DNA of 64,000 nt from Sphyrna mokarran. Taxonomy: Eukaryota. Below are positions 63,851 to 64,000 of the stretch, piece after piece (within the stretch, counting starts at the first letter, position 1; each line of letters opens with the position of its first letter). A model generated the notes under the pieces. The model searched no databases, was not told the origin of the DNA, and was given only the letters and a program-made list of their open reading frames with translations. Location of the stretch: the NCBI GenBank assembly GCA_024679065.1, contig JAGIQG010000022.1, forward strand, positions 24,862,001 through 24,926,000, written 5' to 3'. The position numbers were made by a program, and so were the translations under genes.

Positions 63851-64000
63851 GGGTGGCACAGTGGCACGATGGTTAGCACTGCTGTCTCACAGCTCCAGGG
63901 ACCCAAGTTCAATTCTGGCCTCGGTTCATTGCAATTGTTCTGGCATCTGCATGGGTTTCCTCCCACAGTCCAAAGATATGCAGATTAGGTTGATTGGCTA
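63851..64000 (+). mobile_element. HE1-like SINE head, truncated by the window end
   Basis: ggttagcactgctgtctcacagctccagggacccaagttcaattc...cctcccacagtccaaagat. Confidence 0.8.

Overview
Vertebrate nuclear DNA, most likely a shark or other cartilaginous fish, judged from its repeat families (CR1/HER-type LINEs, HE1-type tRNA SINEs, Deu-domain SINEs, Harbinger-type elements). It contains two divergently transcribed genes. (1) A complete PRPF8 gene on the minus strand: 41 coding exons from ATG at 41881 to TAG at 2519, all with GT-AG introns and consistent phases, giving 7002 nt / 2333 aa, with a CpG-rich promoter near 44.0-44.5 kb. (2) The 5' part of an atypical calpain gene on the plus strand: six coding exons, 47260-63396, with catalytic Cys (QGELGDCW) and His (GHAYS) visible and the gene continuing past the window. 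The most interesting observation is the calpain. It appears to start with a ~96-aa non-calpain extension carrying an N-myristoylation/palmitoylation motif (MGNSCSC), and its intron pattern does not match the classical or CAPN5/6/10 patterns as I recall them. Other notable points are an apparently missing PRPF8 intron relative to human, a Leu-to-Ser change in an ultraconserved PRPF8 motif, a near-perfect 167-bp inverted duplication between the genes, a 95-bp tandem duplication at a PRPF8 acceptor, and many decayed transposons. All cross-species comparisons are from memory and need database confirmation; repeat boundaries are approximate.
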